Assembly: GCF_001186125.1 (NCBI RefSeq)
Contig: NW_014040478.1
Coordinates: 135,627 to 168,921 of the forward strand
Reading direction: 5' to 3'
DNA length: 33,295 nt
Origin: Sphaeroforma arctica JP610
Lineage: Eukaryota
Position 1 is the first letter of the stretch. Each line of letters opens with the position of its first letter. The notes beneath the pieces are model-generated. The model did not search any database. It saw only the letters and a list, made by a program, of their open reading frames with translations, and was not told the DNA's origin. A program made the translations under genes and the position numbers. Below are positions 11,563 through 23,175 of this stretch, one piece after another.

Positions 11563-14500
11563 CTCTGTGTGCGCGTATGTGTGCTGTATATATATGTACA
11601 AAAGTGCAAACATATATTTGTATGAGAATGAAGCAGGCTCGCAGCTGTTTTGTGTACTCCTATTGCAAAAGGTAGCATTCTGGCTAGATAATTGTTCTAG
11701 AAACGTGACCCACGATTTCGAAGTACAAGTTCAAATGTCACCCCTTCAAGAGCTGACTCTCATATGCTTAAATGTTAAACATTATAACCAATATATATAT
11801 ATGACCTGAAAATCTTTACATCCCTGTGGTCAAAATGTGCCGATACATAGCAGGGAACCGGCAGATAAGGACTTGAAATACATACAATGATCTACCACAC
11901 ATAGATAATTGCGTACTGTTTATACCTTTATGAAATCGTACGGACATATTTTGAGTGCCTTCAGGAGCCACGGCCCACTCATGTCTTTCAACCCATACGC
12001 ACAGATGACCACCTCTAAGGAACACGCGATGAGTGCATGATGGAAGTCCTACCAAAAGACGAAGACGGAAGCATTCACAATTAGCTATAAGACACCATTT
12101 CTAAATATAAAATACCTTCAAAGATTAAAATTAGTAATCAGAAAAATCTTTCTCGGATTTGTGCAAAATTCGATTTAAAAGCATACTGTAACAGAACACG
12201 CTACTCGCCTCTTGATTGATGAACTGACCATACTGATGGGGGGTTAGTCTCTTGCGCTCTTCACTCAACATAGTTGTCAGCACTCGGACATACAATTTTC
12301 TGGCCAAATCGAAATGCGCCTGGCCGATTGAGAGGGATTCTTTTCCTCTCTGTGGTGTATGCATCAGAACCAGTTTAGAAGCAGGGATCGCGAACGTGGT
12401 CACAAGAGCAGGTCACTTGCTTACAAATTGAACCGGACTGATTTATCCTACCTCTTTGACATAGCGATCAGTAAAGATCTTTCCCATAGTGTCCAACCTT
12501 TTGGTTATCACCTCCACGTTATTCCGCCTGTTCATGTATATTGCAAAGGTGCGCTTGTTAATGCTATCAAACGTGTATTGAAGGTGTCCACACCACACGA
12601 CCAAATAGAACAGGCTTTTCATATCATTCCAGAATTCAACGCAGCCCGTGTGCTCCAATACAGTTGCATCAACAGAAGAACAGAATCGATAGGAAATCTG
12701 GTGCTGTGCACTTCAAACCCGATTTTTTTCAAGCCGATTCATACCTGGGAGAGTTTTTGGTTCCTGTACGGATGTCCAGTACATTTAGGAATTGCGGTGT
12801 AGATTCTGATATGTCAGCGGTCAGTTCTTTCAATACAGCTGCGGCATTCATAGCCGTTTTGGTGGGGGTCTGCATTGGAAGTGCACTGTTTTGATCCTGA
12901 TATGAACGTGAAAAAATATACATGGGTAAAACCGTTTGTTTGAGTCCTTAAAGCCGAATTGTCAAATAATTTGTCAACGAGCATTTGCATTGCCTATCTT
13001 AAATATGCACAAATTTGATAGTAAAAATTTCTACCAAAGTCGCACTTCTTTGCTTTTCGCCAGATATATAAAGCATACCCTGCTGTCGTATTTGAATGTC
13101 AAAGGGGTATCACGATGGCTCAGATGCTTCGTTTTCCTTCTGGGCGGTGTTTTGGGTTCTGTATCATCCGGGCTGAGTCCGCCATCGCTGTCTATTTTCG
13201 GCCGTTTGATTCTATCAGCCCCTTCCTCCAGCACTTCCTTGCTGTTTATTTTGCTACTCGGTATGGATTCGCTATTGACTTCGCGAATAACCCGTATAGC
13301 AGGATGTGATTTCTTTCTCTTCCCAGGTATCGTGGTGTTCTTATCGTCTATTTTCATGCTCTGTGCCGTGCTGGTTTGCCCCTTTCCCTTTTTGGTTCGA
13401 GATATTGCTTTAGGTAGTGCCTCGGAGCTGGAGGCCTCATCCACCTTAGCCACAACGTCCAGAAACTTAGCGTTCAGATACATCCTCTGTGGTGGAAGGG
13501 AAACAGAGGGAATTGACAAGATGTTTGCCTCAACAATCAATTCAAACTTGTATGGACTTGTTTTACAGCAAACAGGTACATCCAAAAGGGGCAAGAACAA
13601 AATTAGGAATATGTTAAAGAAAAAGAACCCGTAGGAAACTTAAAAGTCATACCTCATCGAAGCGTGTATTGCTTGTTTTGTTTTTCTCGTACGTGCCCTT
13701 CAGAAATTCAATATTCTGCGAGATGTATGTGCCGGCCATGTTCTGTGTGCTGTCTAGGTTGACTGTCGAGGGACTTGCTTCAGTTTCGTCTTCTGTATAA
13801 GCGGGAAATGTAGTTAAAGTAACACATTCGGACAGTTGATACAGATTTCTCTTTATACTGTACATGCAGACACAGCACTACTAAAATGTCAACCAGACTC
13901 AGGCCGAAGCATTTCCCTGATACGCAAAACATTAAACAGAATGCAAACAATTATGTACGATACGCAAACACAGAAACAAGAGACAGCTACTAGGACACTT
14001 GTAGGTATACGATGAGATGTCTGCGCCGCAAAGTGTATGTGTGCGTTGTGCTGTATACACACAAACCTGGATACGACGAAGCAGACCGGGTTCTTATCCG
14101 CCGAGCGGATGGTGCCAACGCGGGCGCTTCGCAAAAGAAGGTACAGTGTGTGAATATCAGTCAACCATTTGGTATTGAAAACGCGGTAGTTTGAATTGAT
14201 ACAGGAGCGAGGTGCAACCAGAGGAATGTGCTGTGTATTGGCGTGACATATCGGACACAACGACATACTCAACATACCATCATACGTCAACGTTTCGGCC
14301 TTGTTGATTAAACTCTCCAGGTATGATCGGAAAGCAGTTTGTATTACAGTAACGTCGGCGGGCTGCGCATTCACAACCTCGCAGAGCATATTAAGAAGCA
14401 ACTCTTCGTCCACTGATTTGCCATCTTCTTTCAAAACTGTAAGTGAGTGGTTCAGATAGTTTAAAATCACGTCTGATTGTCATCGAAATTAGAACACATT

Positions 14501-16124
14501 GAGTGTGTGCTTACTTGAGACTCTTGCATCCGATGTACACAAGTACAGTTTTACAAGAAACTAAACCAGACACTCACCCTTGCTCATGCTTGATGCCAGC
14601 GCTGTCCTAGGTGCCTGTCGGACGGTGAACAACGTGACGACTACCAAAAGGTGTATGCTGTCTACCAGATCGTATGTCTGTTGTAGGAGGTGATCTGCGC
14701 GACAGACATTATAGGCTGAAATTAATACACACGTATTATTTACCACCAGGTGAAGCATCGACTTGAAAATTATACAACAGGTCAGCAGACTTCACAAAGC
14801 ACTATAAGTACATAGATCCCCGAACGTACCTTTTGCGATTAAATACAAAAGCCAGCCAAATATAAAGTATGGTCCTCTAGTGTCGGTTTCAGACTTTTTG
14901 GAAGCGACTGGAGTGAACACCTTCTTGTGCAGGGCTTCGTATTTTCTAAAGATGCAGGAAACAGCCTGAAACTGGTGGTCTAATTCATCCACAGTTTCTG
15001 CCAGTCCGTCATCTAGCACATCTGTGTTCACCGACACATCCCCGCTTAAACTCTTCAATCTGTTGATGAATGAGGGCAAACTGGCAACATAGGGCGCGTT
15101 GGCGGTGTGAATAGAGTATATGAATGCTTCTCCCTTCTTAAATGTGCATGTGCTCATGGCTGCGTAGGCATATTCACAGCACCCGCTATTCTAACTTGCA
15201 GTAGCTGACAGGCGATGCATAAAGCAAAGGCATGTTGGCTAAAAAAGCAACGACGACCTAATTCTGAAAGACCGCCTAAATTGAGTCTACAGTCCATGTG
15301 CTATTAGTGTATTACAACATCTCATGCGCAACTGAAAACCTGTCGAGCATGCATCGTTAAGACACGGATTGAGACATGCTCGTATACTAGAAAGTGCACA
15401 ATCAGCACGGTTGTTTGAATCCAACTGCCAATCCACAGAAATAAACTGGATCAAATAGTATAATCGCATATATGCGTGTAATTGACACGATGTGCAAAGA
15501 CAAGCACCACAAATAATACTACAACTAACCTTATTCTCCTATTTAAGAGCATCTGGCCAAGGTCCGGAGTGGGCTCCTTTGTTGTACACCCAGCCAGGAA
15601 TAAAGCACATATTACCAAGGCAGGGAGGTTGGACTACAATATAAGGGACAGAGTTAGATCTCAGAATAACTAGAGAAAATGAGATAATAAAATGATATCA
15701 GCATATCAAGAGGTGCTGCAAGGCTTGTGGATGGTATGCGTATTTTGAAACACAAAACAATAATCATGTATATGGCGCGGTGTCCAGAATAGGTTTGTGA
15801 TTTACTATCATTAGTATAGATTACATCGGGATGGAAACCAGTTTTACACAACTTGCATATGGTACAGACTCAAGCTGTACGTTTGGATATCCCGCGCTCA
15901 CAACAGCAACATGCAGAGATTTAAGGAATCTCCAGAAACGTATCAAAGGGGCACGCGGAATCACTTACCTTGGATTCTTTTGCACTAACACGTGCTTGTA
16001 TACGAGTAAGATATTCTTTGGCGCTGGATGAAAGAGTTTCGCTTAATGGATTTTTGCTGCATAGTGCTGATAGGATTTGGTCGACCTCTGTTTCAGCCGG
16101 AAGCTTCACCTCCGTAACCGACAT
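7212..16124 (-). CDS. RBL1: Retinoblastoma-family pocket protein (Rb/p107/p130-like), complete, 20 exons, about 1157 aa
   Basis: Phase-consistent exons: 15969-16124, 15530-15633, 14830-15080, 14578-14694, 14278-14436, 13653-13792, 13079-13486, 12745-12896, 12452-12527, 12209-12349, 11926-12048, 10817-10954, 10439-10615, 9903-10163, 9203-9492, 8893-8965, 8538-8630, 8267-8359, 7889-8069, 7212-7552 (sum 3474 nt). Motifs: Rb[28 protein letters not shown]; pocket [15 protein letters not shown]...PWLL...[29 protein letters not shown]; pocket [32 protein letters not shown]; Rb[23 protein letters not shown]. The last four exon boundaries are less certain, and the symbol denotes the family rather than strict orthology. 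Confidence 0.95.
9498..9578. repeat. Near-perfect tandem duplication of a ~37 bp unit at the 3' end of the Rb intron before the pocket-B exon
   Basis: cgcgcaatgtgtagaagaaacaaggtggatgagttca occurs twice in tandem. Confidence 0.9.
11090..11600. repeat. (TA)n/(TATG)n microsatellite block in an Rb intron
   Basis: Directly visible. Confidence 0.95.
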
Positions 16125-16714
16125 CTTGTCAAGTAGAAAATAGATGCCTATACACTACTGTCTGTCCCTATAGAAATCGCTACTGTAACAGTCATCTCAG
16201 TACTTTATGTGTGTGTAGGCCAGTGTATGTACCTGTATGCATCGCCACCCGTAGACTTCGTTAGCTATACTTTGCGCAGTACAATTAGAGGTCATACTAT
16301 AGAATCGATCGGTGCACAATGCCGAATTTGTAATATGATCTTTATCTGCGAATTTCGACCCGGTTTTAGATACATAGTCCCAAAAACACTACATATCACG
16401 TCAGTTACAACTTTATATAAAAGTTTGCGCGTTTTCTTAATACATTTTCTGGTTTCTATATTGACCAGCCCACCAGAGAAACGCCCCTAAAACAAACTGT
16501 TGAATTGGGGTTTTCAGGCTTTCGGTATACTTTTATCCCAAAATTCGAACAAAACATTGAAAACAGTCATAGTTCGTCATCGAAGTTTTATATATGTAAA
16601 AATTTACCGTAAAATGAAATTTATTTTATTTTGTCGCATGAGTCATTTCAACCCAAAAAAGCACACTTCTGTGAAAACGAAACAAAAAGAAATCTCAAAC
16701 TTTGAGTGACTGAT

Positions 16715-16860
16715 GGGTCTCTGACTCTGCTGACTGCTGACTCTGAGAGACTGAGACTCTGAGACTCTGAGACTCTGAGACTCTGAGACTCTGAGACTCT
16801 GAGACTCTGAGACTTTGAGTCTCTGCGACTCTGACTAGTCTCTGACTCTGAGTGAGTCTC
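16715..16860. repeat. Octamer tandem repeat (CTGAGACT)n: 8 perfect copies at 16751-16814 plus degenerate flanks
   Basis: Directly visible. Confidence 0.95.
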
Positions 16861-16933
16861 TATATACCTCATTCAACTTTCAAGTCCGGTCAAACCGAAC
16901 AGAATCCAGAGTGTAGATTGCAGTCTGTGCAGA

Positions 16934-16953
16934 GCGCCCGCCAAAATTTCAAA
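16934..16953. promoter_or_regulatory. Candidate E2F + CHR (DREAM-type) composite site upstream of Rb
   Basis: GCGCCCGCCAAAATTTCAAA contains an E2F-like TTTTGGCGGG on the minus strand abutting a TTYRAA (LIN54/CHR) hexamer. It lies just upstream of a putative 5'UTR exon donor at 16868/16867. Confidence 0.45.
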
Positions 16954-17289
16954 TCTTGAAAACTGACCGTCGTCCAAAGTCCGAACTCTCAGCCGCGAGA
17001 GTAAAAAGGACAGTAGGACAACAAGGCTGATGAAGGAAGAAATCATGGCCCTCTGGATTTCAGGATTTAGGTCTCTGCTGAATTTACGATTTCCGCTACG
17101 ACCCTGATTTAGTGATTTCTGCTCGCGACCGTATGAATTCAGAGAGCCATGGAGAGAATAAAGATTTTCAAAACTGTAACTCATAAGGTCAGCGTCGTTT
17201 ACAATATCGCGAAACTATTGGGTTTAGCCTCATTAGAACCACTATATGGGATAGACCGCACAAAGGGTCGGTCCGGTAGTTTTTAAAAA

Positions 17290-20200
17290 GAAGTTTCAGA
17301 CACTTGGTGTTGTCTCGCAGCTACTAAGTAACATGTGGGCCGTCTTCCTGAGATGCAAGCTTAGGGCCTCTATCCGGCCCGCTATGGGCGGGGTTATAGA
17401 CCTTTCGGAGGGTGGAGAGGGTGGCCGTGAGATAAGTCACTATATCAGCGTTAGTCAAGAAATGGTCTTTGCTGTCGGGGAAGAAATGCAATCATCGGTT
17501 CACTAACATCCAGTAGCATTGTTTCAGAAGGGTGCTCCACACGGCTTATTAATGCAGTAGAGCATTCATATAGTAGATACAACGCATTGCGAGTACGCTA
17601 GTACTAAATATAGCAACCATCTCGTCCAGTTGTGCGCCATTGCTGTTTCCACGCTGGGATTGCTACTCCTGGGCGGATTTCTCCGAACCTTCCGCGGCTC
17701 CGCGCTGGGCAGTAGTGCTGGCCTAGTACTATTTGATTGTCTTTTATCCCAATGTATACCCAAGACAAAATTCGAGCTCGCGACAATGTAGTAAAGCAAA
17801 TGACTGAACCAACCAATCCAGTACCGTATCAATTTTGTGAGCTATATCCCACTTGACTACAGTTTGTTTACTGGGGAGGTCGAATAATACTGCACCTTGT
17901 GTTTTGTGGCATGACTTGGAAAAAAATTTAGCTCACCAAGAAATAATCGACAAGAGACTGATGTAATGAGCTATCAATGTTACAATGGTTCTGTTTTGCC
18001 GAATAAAACCAGTGCTATTTTATTCATTATAGCTGAAGTAAAATCAATACTCTCTCATCTAGAGAAACAATGCCAATCGTAGTTGTATGCTCTTTGATAT
18101 TATTTACAGATTTCGAACTATACGGAAGATATCATAATAATCGTTCAGTGCTTTGAATATCGCCTGGGTGGCCTCCTGGAACATGGTGTGACAAGATTGC
18201 CGTCCTCCAGGTAGTATATACCATAGCAGCTGTTTCTAACATTTTCCATAAGGCAACGGGGCTGACGGGAAAGTCCATCGGTGTGCTGTTGTGAAGATGA
18301 GGTAGCCCTGGGAGACGTGTAGGATGTGGAAGTTGAAGCCAACGGTCTCTCATGGTTGGGCTATGTGTGTGTGATAGCTGTTCACATATCACCTGCTTCC
18401 TGCTAACAATGTTCACGGGGAACGTCGATGCCTATAATGAGCGGTGTGGGCTTTTGGTTGTTCCGTGACCGTGGCTGTAGCAGATGTCACCTTGTTGGGA
18501 CTCTGCTTACACGTGTGGCGGATAGAACAAATCATGCCCACGTGGCGAATCGGCATCTGGTGCATATAATACTGTCTTTGCGCGTTGAGTCTTGGGGCTG
18601 GCAGCATCGTCCTATCGGGTGTCACATTCAGTGTCGACGCGTCTTGAATGGTATTGTCTGCAGTCCACGGAAGTCTAGAGTTACAGTGTGAGAGTTGGCC
18701 GGCGATTTTCTGAGTCGCTGAGTCTGCCTGGCGTGACACAGCTTGCGTAGTCGACCACTTGGCGCTATTATTATGGTGGCATATACTGCCGCTTGCATAG
18801 GCCCGTACACGTCGAATGCTTGAAGGACACTTTCCTGAGTTAATCGGTGTAGGCTGCTGTAATGTACATCCGCAGCACTGTACAAGACTTCTTCAGGGAC
18901 GTGTAGAGTTCTGTGCCAAACCAAGATAAGTGTGACGATGAATGTAGATTTTGGTGGTATGAGAGCTAGGTTGTGGTACATGACTTGATTGTCCACATTT
19001 CACTGGATACATGTCTGAAGAGCCTTGCTGGACGGCGGGTGGCTAGTTGAGGTATGGTTATTCATATGAGTGTGGTGATTCGGACGTGTCTGGCCAGCAT
19101 GCATACTAAACGTAAAGAAGACCAACACCATCCTCGAACGCGGGAATCAGCAGTTAGACTAACGGAGGTAGATGTATTCATAGAGCATACTTTGCTTAGG
19201 TCGCCATCGACCAAGGGCAGTGAAGATGAAATCGTTCCCATGGACGATGAGTGAGCCGTCCAGCTGGACAATGTTCCTGGCCGAGGCCTACAGTTGGTCG
19301 CGAATCCACTAGCAGGCTTCGAAGTATGAATTATATATGATATTTATTTAAATAAATAGGAATAGGGATATCCTGACTAGCATTGTCGTAGCGTAATATT
19401 TTTGCTAGGTATTATTGACTTATATCCATTATAACTTAAAGTTATATATGAACTTGACTTTTATAAGATAAGTAATTTTTCTCTATACAATACTGCACGA
19501 GATGACGCACAGAATATCACTTTCTTGTTATTCTACTTTAGAAACTTTGTCTTTAATCTCAACTACTATCTTTCCTATCGTCGTTTTACACGTATGTAAC
19601 GTTCAGGCACGAGTGCGGTGGCTTAAACACAATTGCATCAATATTGCGCTCGTGATTTATATGGGATTCGCGTGTCGTGGTAGTTCCGTAAGTCCCCGCA
19701 TGTGTGTGTAACACAATTGGAGCGTTGGTTGTCAATCGGACTCGTAGCCAGCTCGCGGTCGTGATCTGTGCTATCGTTCGTACTGTTGTTTTATTTCCGT
19801 TGACGCATGTGCTCACTAGTATACTAAGATTGACAATTAGTAGTGGTCTATCCGTCTTTGTGGCAGTGGGTGCTCGGTCAGGATGAGTTGACGTAGGTTG
19901 CCGTTGGAGAGACTTTGGTGTAGTCGCAGGTTACGGCCACCGTGGGATCTGTCGCAACAGCTGGTGTACTCCGTGACTGATGAGGAGTGTGAAGTGTTGA
20001 GTGAGCTGAGCGAGCACGATATGGCACTATGAGCGTTTTTGCCTGTCATGCGCGTGGTTGGCGTACAGAGCGATGGGGAGACCGATTAAAGGTCTGTGTG
20101 AACGGGTGCGCTTGTTGCTTGCCGGCTCGTGATTAGTTCTGTTGTCAGGTGTATTGTTACGAAGGATGAAGAAAGGGCTAAAGTCAGCATTAGGGGTGGT

Positions 20201-20590
20201 TGTTGGAAAGTTACCAATCGGTGGTGCTTTAGTTAGCACATTGTAGGACTTTCTGGCACCTATGAGAGATTTGGCGACCTTGAGCATGCCGATGACTACA
20301 TCCTCCCTAGTGACTACCCCCGGGGTGACTAGATCGCTTTCTAAGGTAGACGACAAATAATCGACACGTTCTTCGCGAAAATAGACAAGTAGATCAGCTT
20401 GGTCACAGTAGTGGGCCGTGTTGGGACATTTCACCTTATCAAGGAGCTCTAGAGACCTACGGGGTGACTGGATATCTTTCTCTGATAGATGATAAATTAT
20501 CGACACGTTCTTCGCGAAAACAGACAAGTATATCAGTTTGGCGCGGTCGTCACAGTAGTGGGCCGTGTTGAGACGTTTCGCCTGATCAGG
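17290..20590 (-). mobile_element. Decayed Ty3/Gypsy LTR retrotransposon internal region (possible gag-pro, then RT-RNaseH-integrase)
   Basis: Frameshifted minus-strand motifs in Gypsy order: IAGQLS..RLPWT (RT connection, ~18670), MLPAP/ICT-DA (RNase H start), RTAILSHHVPGGHPG..STERL (integrase HH zinc finger, ~18150-18205), IGIKDNQ..HYCP..RGR and NWTRWLLYLVLAYSQCVVST (integrase core), GPKLASQEDGPHVT (GPY/F, ~17330-17368). The gag/protease assignment of 19600-20530 is weaker and no LTRs were found. Confidence 0.7.
20360..20590. repeat. Imperfect direct repeat of about 85-90 bp (20360-20445 and 20499-20590)
   Basis: atcgacacgttcttcgcgaaaa.agacaagta.atcag.ttgg...tcacagtagtgggccgtgttg.gac.tttc occurs twice. 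Confidence 0.9.
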
Positions 20591-20687
20591 CGCAGGTATG
20601 CAGATGGATCATACTGTGCAGTGAGGTAGTGTTCAATTATAGTTAACATAGCGCCAAAATAAAACTCTACCATATTGATCTAGATTA

Positions 20688-23175
20688 AGAGACCACAGGT
20701 TTGATACCAGATTTTATAGCAAGAGAAACTCTTTGGTTCATAGAAATCAGTAGAGTTAGCTCACTCCTGAGAGCTAATTAAGTTTCTTAATCCACTACCG
20801 AAAGTTGAGGTAATTTCTTAACCGGCTCCTGAAAGTTGATTAAAGTTTATCAACCGGCTCCCGATAATTGATTAAATTTGTTAACCGCAAAAATCTGGGA
20901 AAAGTTGCGCCCCTTTATGAGTCACAGCCTTTGCAGAAGAGAATCATATGATTAGCGTGAGATTACGCAGCAGAGAAGTTGAAATAGAATACTATCGAAT
21001 TGTTAAGGTGTTCGGCTGATTTTTTTCTCATACTGACTATATGAAATTTTCCTAAACCTTAACCCTAAACCACTAAAACTTTAAATACAAAACTAAAGGC
21101 AAGGTCATAGAAAAACAAACATTTGCACTTTATTTTAAGTCTATCACTTTACACTCGAACAGACTACCTGATTAATGTGCGGGAGCATTATGTCGACCGT
21201 ATCATCATCTGCCAGGAAGCCGGTGCATTCTTTGCCTTCTCCAATGATAAGAAGAAAATGAATATGGGCTTCCAAAGTTTTCCATAATAGGTGGGAATAT
21301 ACTTTGCCGCAGAAGTGGAACTGGGCTGCAGAAAATTAACCATGACACAATCCAAAAGCAAGAAGTGTTCAATAACGCGATGATATTGGATCGAAATTAG
21401 GTATTCGTATCAGGTTATTCGTTCTACTTCGAGCTTAGTTCAGTAAACTCAAGGTAGACGTCGTTTACTATCGTTGAAAACTAAGCTAGTGGGTTCAACC
21501 TCGCTAGAACCAGTGTACAGAAGGATAGATCAAAGTGTCTTTCAGTTACTGAGTAACATGGGGATCGTCTTGTCATGGGTTGTTCCGAGACCCCAAAGTT
21601 AGGGCCGTTCCATGTCCTTGCCATAGGGCTGGTATGTCCCGTCCTCTGACTGCTATCGTTCTCTACTACAAGACCGCTATTGTATAAAAACTAGACCTGT
21701 GGAGAACTGAAGGCTATGATCTATTTTTGCTCCCAACTGGGTCAGTTGGGTTCCCAATCAGTAATCCTCACTAAAACTTCCCTGAGTACTTGTATTACTC
21801 TCGCAAGTTCGAATCTCGCAAAACGAAGAAGAAAAAGAAAAAGAAAAATCCCGACACCCTCGACCGACCAGAGCGCAAAACGCTTCTAACCCCCTGTGAA
21901 CATCAAAGCGGCCCTAAAAACTGGTAAAAATTAGGGGGGGGGGGGGGAATATCCGATGACTGAACCGAATGGATGTAAAATACGACTCACACTACTACTA
22001 GTCAATAAGGGTAACACAATGAGCTCCCAAAGCTCCGCGAGCAGATCCGACATAATACCAACAACGTCTCACAACTATGGAGATAGCAAGGAAGGCTCGC
22101 CGCCAAAACTACTATTGACTTGTAGGGAGCTTCCTATTATTGACCGAGACGAACTCTCCAATGAAAGCTTTACCCAATAGCGTGAAGACATCACAATCCG
22201 CCTTTGTGCCATGATAGCAACCAACACGTTCATGTTCAAACTGGTTCACTATCGTACTAGTGGATACCTCTGTGCTGTAGTACTTTTCAACTGCCCATGT
22301 AGCACCTAACAAGTGTACTTTTACCGTTCAAACACTATGCATATGGCGATATGGTAGGGGTGATAGCCATCTGGAAACCACCTGTCGCTAAGTCCGATAA
22401 ATACTTGGGTAGAAGAAGCATTCGCCGTTTATCGACAGTGGCACAGAGTCAAAGCAGTCAACACCATACGCTCTACTAACGGTCACTCAATACTTGTAGA
22501 AATTACAAATGAGTAAAGCAATAACAGTTGCAGTAAAAGCACTACAACAGTTATAGTATAAACACTATTTACCTAGACAGCTTGAACACGGTTATATGTA
22601 TTAGACAAACATGCTTAACAGCCCTTGTAGTATCGATGGACAGCCTGGCAGCCCTCCTCGACAAGCATCTCGGTACGAATCACCACATAATACATTTTAG
22701 AGTGTATTGTAGTAGACTTTAAATAAAGTGCAAATGCATATATTTATTTCTGACCTCACCTTTGAATTTATACTTAAGGTGTTTGTGCTAGTGTTCAGCC
22801 GCTTGGGCTGGCCAGAATAAAATTCATATGGTCAGTATGAGAAACTTTCTGCAGAGCACTTTAACACTTCGATGCTATTATGTTTCGACTACTCTGCAAC
22901 TAAATTTCACGCTGATCACATGATGCCTTTCCGCATAGGTTGTGGCTCACATAGGAACGTAGCTATTTTTAAAATATTGCAGTTGACCGACTTGATTCAC
23001 TCTCGGAAGTCGGTTGAGAAACTTAATCCGCTCTCGGGAGTCGGTCAAGCAATCAATCAACTCTCGGGAGTAATTTAAGCAACGTAATTAGCATTCGGAA
23101 GTGAGCTAACTCTGATAACTTCTATCAATCAAAGAGAATTTTGCTGTAAAATCTGGTCTGAGACCTGTAGTCTCT
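20688..23175. mobile_element. About 2.5 kb element bounded by long (~470 bp) diverged inverted repeats; non-autonomous TIR/foldback-like, possibly Kolobok-type
   Basis: 20688-~21160 aligns to the reverse complement of ~22698-23175 (agagac(c/t)acaggt...ccagatttta.agcaa...agagttagctcact...ttctcatactgac.atatgaa...atttgcacttta), roughly 70% by eye. Each arm has ~30 bp internal subrepeats. Flanks are TTAA|GAGAC...GTCTC|TTAC, or an exact TA on both sides. Confidence 0.75.
21180..21620 (-). mobile_element. Penelope-like element reverse transcriptase relic (pseudogenised)
   Basis: Motifs in order on the minus strand: P*LWGLGTTHDKTIPM (~PKLYGLPKxHKxxxPLRP), FDLS..VLARLNPL..IVND..EF, LISI/NIIALLNT (~LVSFDVVSLFTN), FHFCGKVY..G..GSP (~FxFNGKxYxQxxGxAMGSP), Y/VDI (~RYVDDI). 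Confidence 0.65.

Noticed and set aside
12936..13634. 232-aa plus-strand hydrophobic ORF (also 7924-8415, 9859-10215, 12359-12802)
   Set aside because: Antisense shadows of Rb exons.
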